NCBI GenBank assembly: GCA_013239625.1
Contig: MU054323.1
Span: 18,680,819 to 18,744,818, forward strand
Source: Lama guanicoe
Lineage: Eukaryota
Direction: 5' to 3'
Length of the DNA stretch: 64,000 nt
The first letter of the stretch is position 1. Every line of letters starts with the position of its first letter. A program made the translations under genes and the position numbers. The notes beneath the pieces are model-generated. The model searched no databases, had not been told where the DNA came from, and was given only the letters and a program-made list of their open reading frames with translations. Positions 62,301 through 64,000 of the stretch are shown one piece after another.

Positions 62301-64000
62301 AAAATACCTGTCTAGATACTTAGATGGATCATTTAACACTGAATAAAACATACTAGCTTTTCTCTGGTTTCCCATTATGCCCACTGTAGAATATTTTCTA
62401 TGTTGGAAAGATACAAGAACTTGATCTTAAATAGCAGTTTTTACTTTTAGTGTTGTTAAGGTACCTTTCTGGGCAGTGAGTTAATGAAGTGGGCTTAGAA
62501 TGACTAGGCAAGCTATGGGAAAAGACACTTTTACTCACTTGGACAGTAAAATCACTCTGTTGAGAGATAGAACAATGTTAGAATAGCAAGATTCAGAGCC
62601 ACAGGGCATCCAATTCACGTACCCTCAAGTTTTCTTCTATGTGGCATGAATCAATGCAAAACTGTATTCAGTTATAATAAAGCCCATCTTTAAAACTTTT
62701 ATATTTAGGCAGTCTGTTATTGTTTCTGCATCATTTGATATGTCAGGACTCAGAAAAGTGATCTCTGCAATAATTCTTAGTACCCATAGTCATAAACTAC
62801 AGTGTTTCTTACATTCACTGAAACGATTCCTCCCCAGTAAACTTTTACTTCTAGTTTGACAATGACAATTGCATTTGGAGATTTAACAGAAAACAAGGGT
62901 TGAATTGCCCCTTATACCACTAAAAATCTTTAAGACATTTGATGCATCAATTTTTACGTCCTTTTTTTAGTCTCCACAAATGTACTGTGGAAATAGTATT
63001 AGTCATCTCCTACCTTCTTTTCTGAGATCTTTGGAGGATACACATAGATTTTTTTGAGCATCTGGGAGTTAGGTAGATGATGTGCAATTTAAGTTCACAT
63101 AGTAAGAGTAAGATAGTTATGGTAAAAGCTACCACAAACTGCAGGTGGCTTTTCAATTTTCTCTCACTTCTCAGAAAATTTTAAATTGGTGACAAAGAAT
63201 TTCTTGGCAGTCTATTAAAGGAAAAACTAATCTTAATATTTTGCTTCTTGAAGGTACTGTTCAATAATGAAAACCAGCTGATAACTAAACTTTTCCATCA
63301 TGATCTAACAGTCAGAAAATAGCTTAAGTGAGGTTTTGTTCTGCTAGTTCTTTTGGAAGAGGTAAATTTGCTTATAGGTCTGTGGAAATCTTTTTGGATA
63401 TAGCCTCTTGCCGGAAGCTCGAAATTATTTAGTGCTTACTGTAATTGCATCTCGGAGGAGGTAACTGACAGCATGTTGACTCTATCACCAAAAATAAAGC
63501 TTTTAGGTTTCCTGAGAACACATTTTAAAATACTGGTGTTTGCGTGAAGACTATCTAGCCTGCAAAAGAATCTCTTTTTTTAAATAAGAAAATATTTAAT
63601 AAATGTGAGGTGTTGAATTTTCTTTTAAAAAATTTCCAATAACTTGGAAGCTAGAAAAATTAGAAGGAAAATGGTTTAAGGTAATTCAGAACAGCTTTGT
63701 TAATCCTGAGATGTTAATTTTCCTTTAGCATCATTTGTAACAACTTCTTTTGCAAACAAAAACTGCAGAGTCATCAGAATATTCAGATCTATGCAAATGA
63801 TGCAACATTTTATTTTTGACATATTACATCCAGTATTCTTTCCTCTACAATGGTAAAAATCACAATCATTTTTTTCTGCTGACTGATATATTTTCTGCTT
63901 TTGTATCAGGAAACCTGCTAATGTCTCATGTTATCTGTGTCCTGGTTATACTTTGCACTGTATCCCCACATAGGAAAAAGATCAACATACTCTTTTTAGG

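Noticed and set aside
1..64000. CRISPR arrays, operons or other prokaryote-type systems; inferring host-gene strand from L1 orientation
   Set aside because: The sequence is mammalian with no regularly spaced repeat-spacer array. The orientation of younger L1s (6 minus vs 3 plus) is too small a sample to infer a host strand.

Overview
AT-rich mammalian genomic DNA, most likely from a camelid (camel, alpaca or llama). The evidence for this is three tRNA-Ala-derived SINEs matching the camelid Vic-1 type as I recall it, plus artiodactyl-type L1 3' ends. The window looks intronic or intergenic: I could not identify any protein-coding gene, and every ORF I recognise in the track is a decayed L1 ORF1/ORF2 or Tigger1 transposase fragment. 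A large fraction is transposable elements: young and old L1s, L2, L3/CR1, MIR, an MLT1 LTR, a MER41-like LTR, a near-full-length Tigger1, MER5, MER91 and a hAT transposase relic. The most notable structures are (1) a 4.4-kb L1 that keeps its complete CpG-rich 5'UTR but has ORF1 joined out of frame to mid-ORF2, (2) two 5'-inverted (twin-priming) L1s, (3) a diverged ~150-bp local duplication inserted into an old L1, (4) an AT-rich inverted-repeat patchwork, and (5) several unverified short exon candidates. I found no convincing novel biological system. Repeat subfamily names come from recall of consensus sequences, not from a database search, and boundaries of old elements are approximate.
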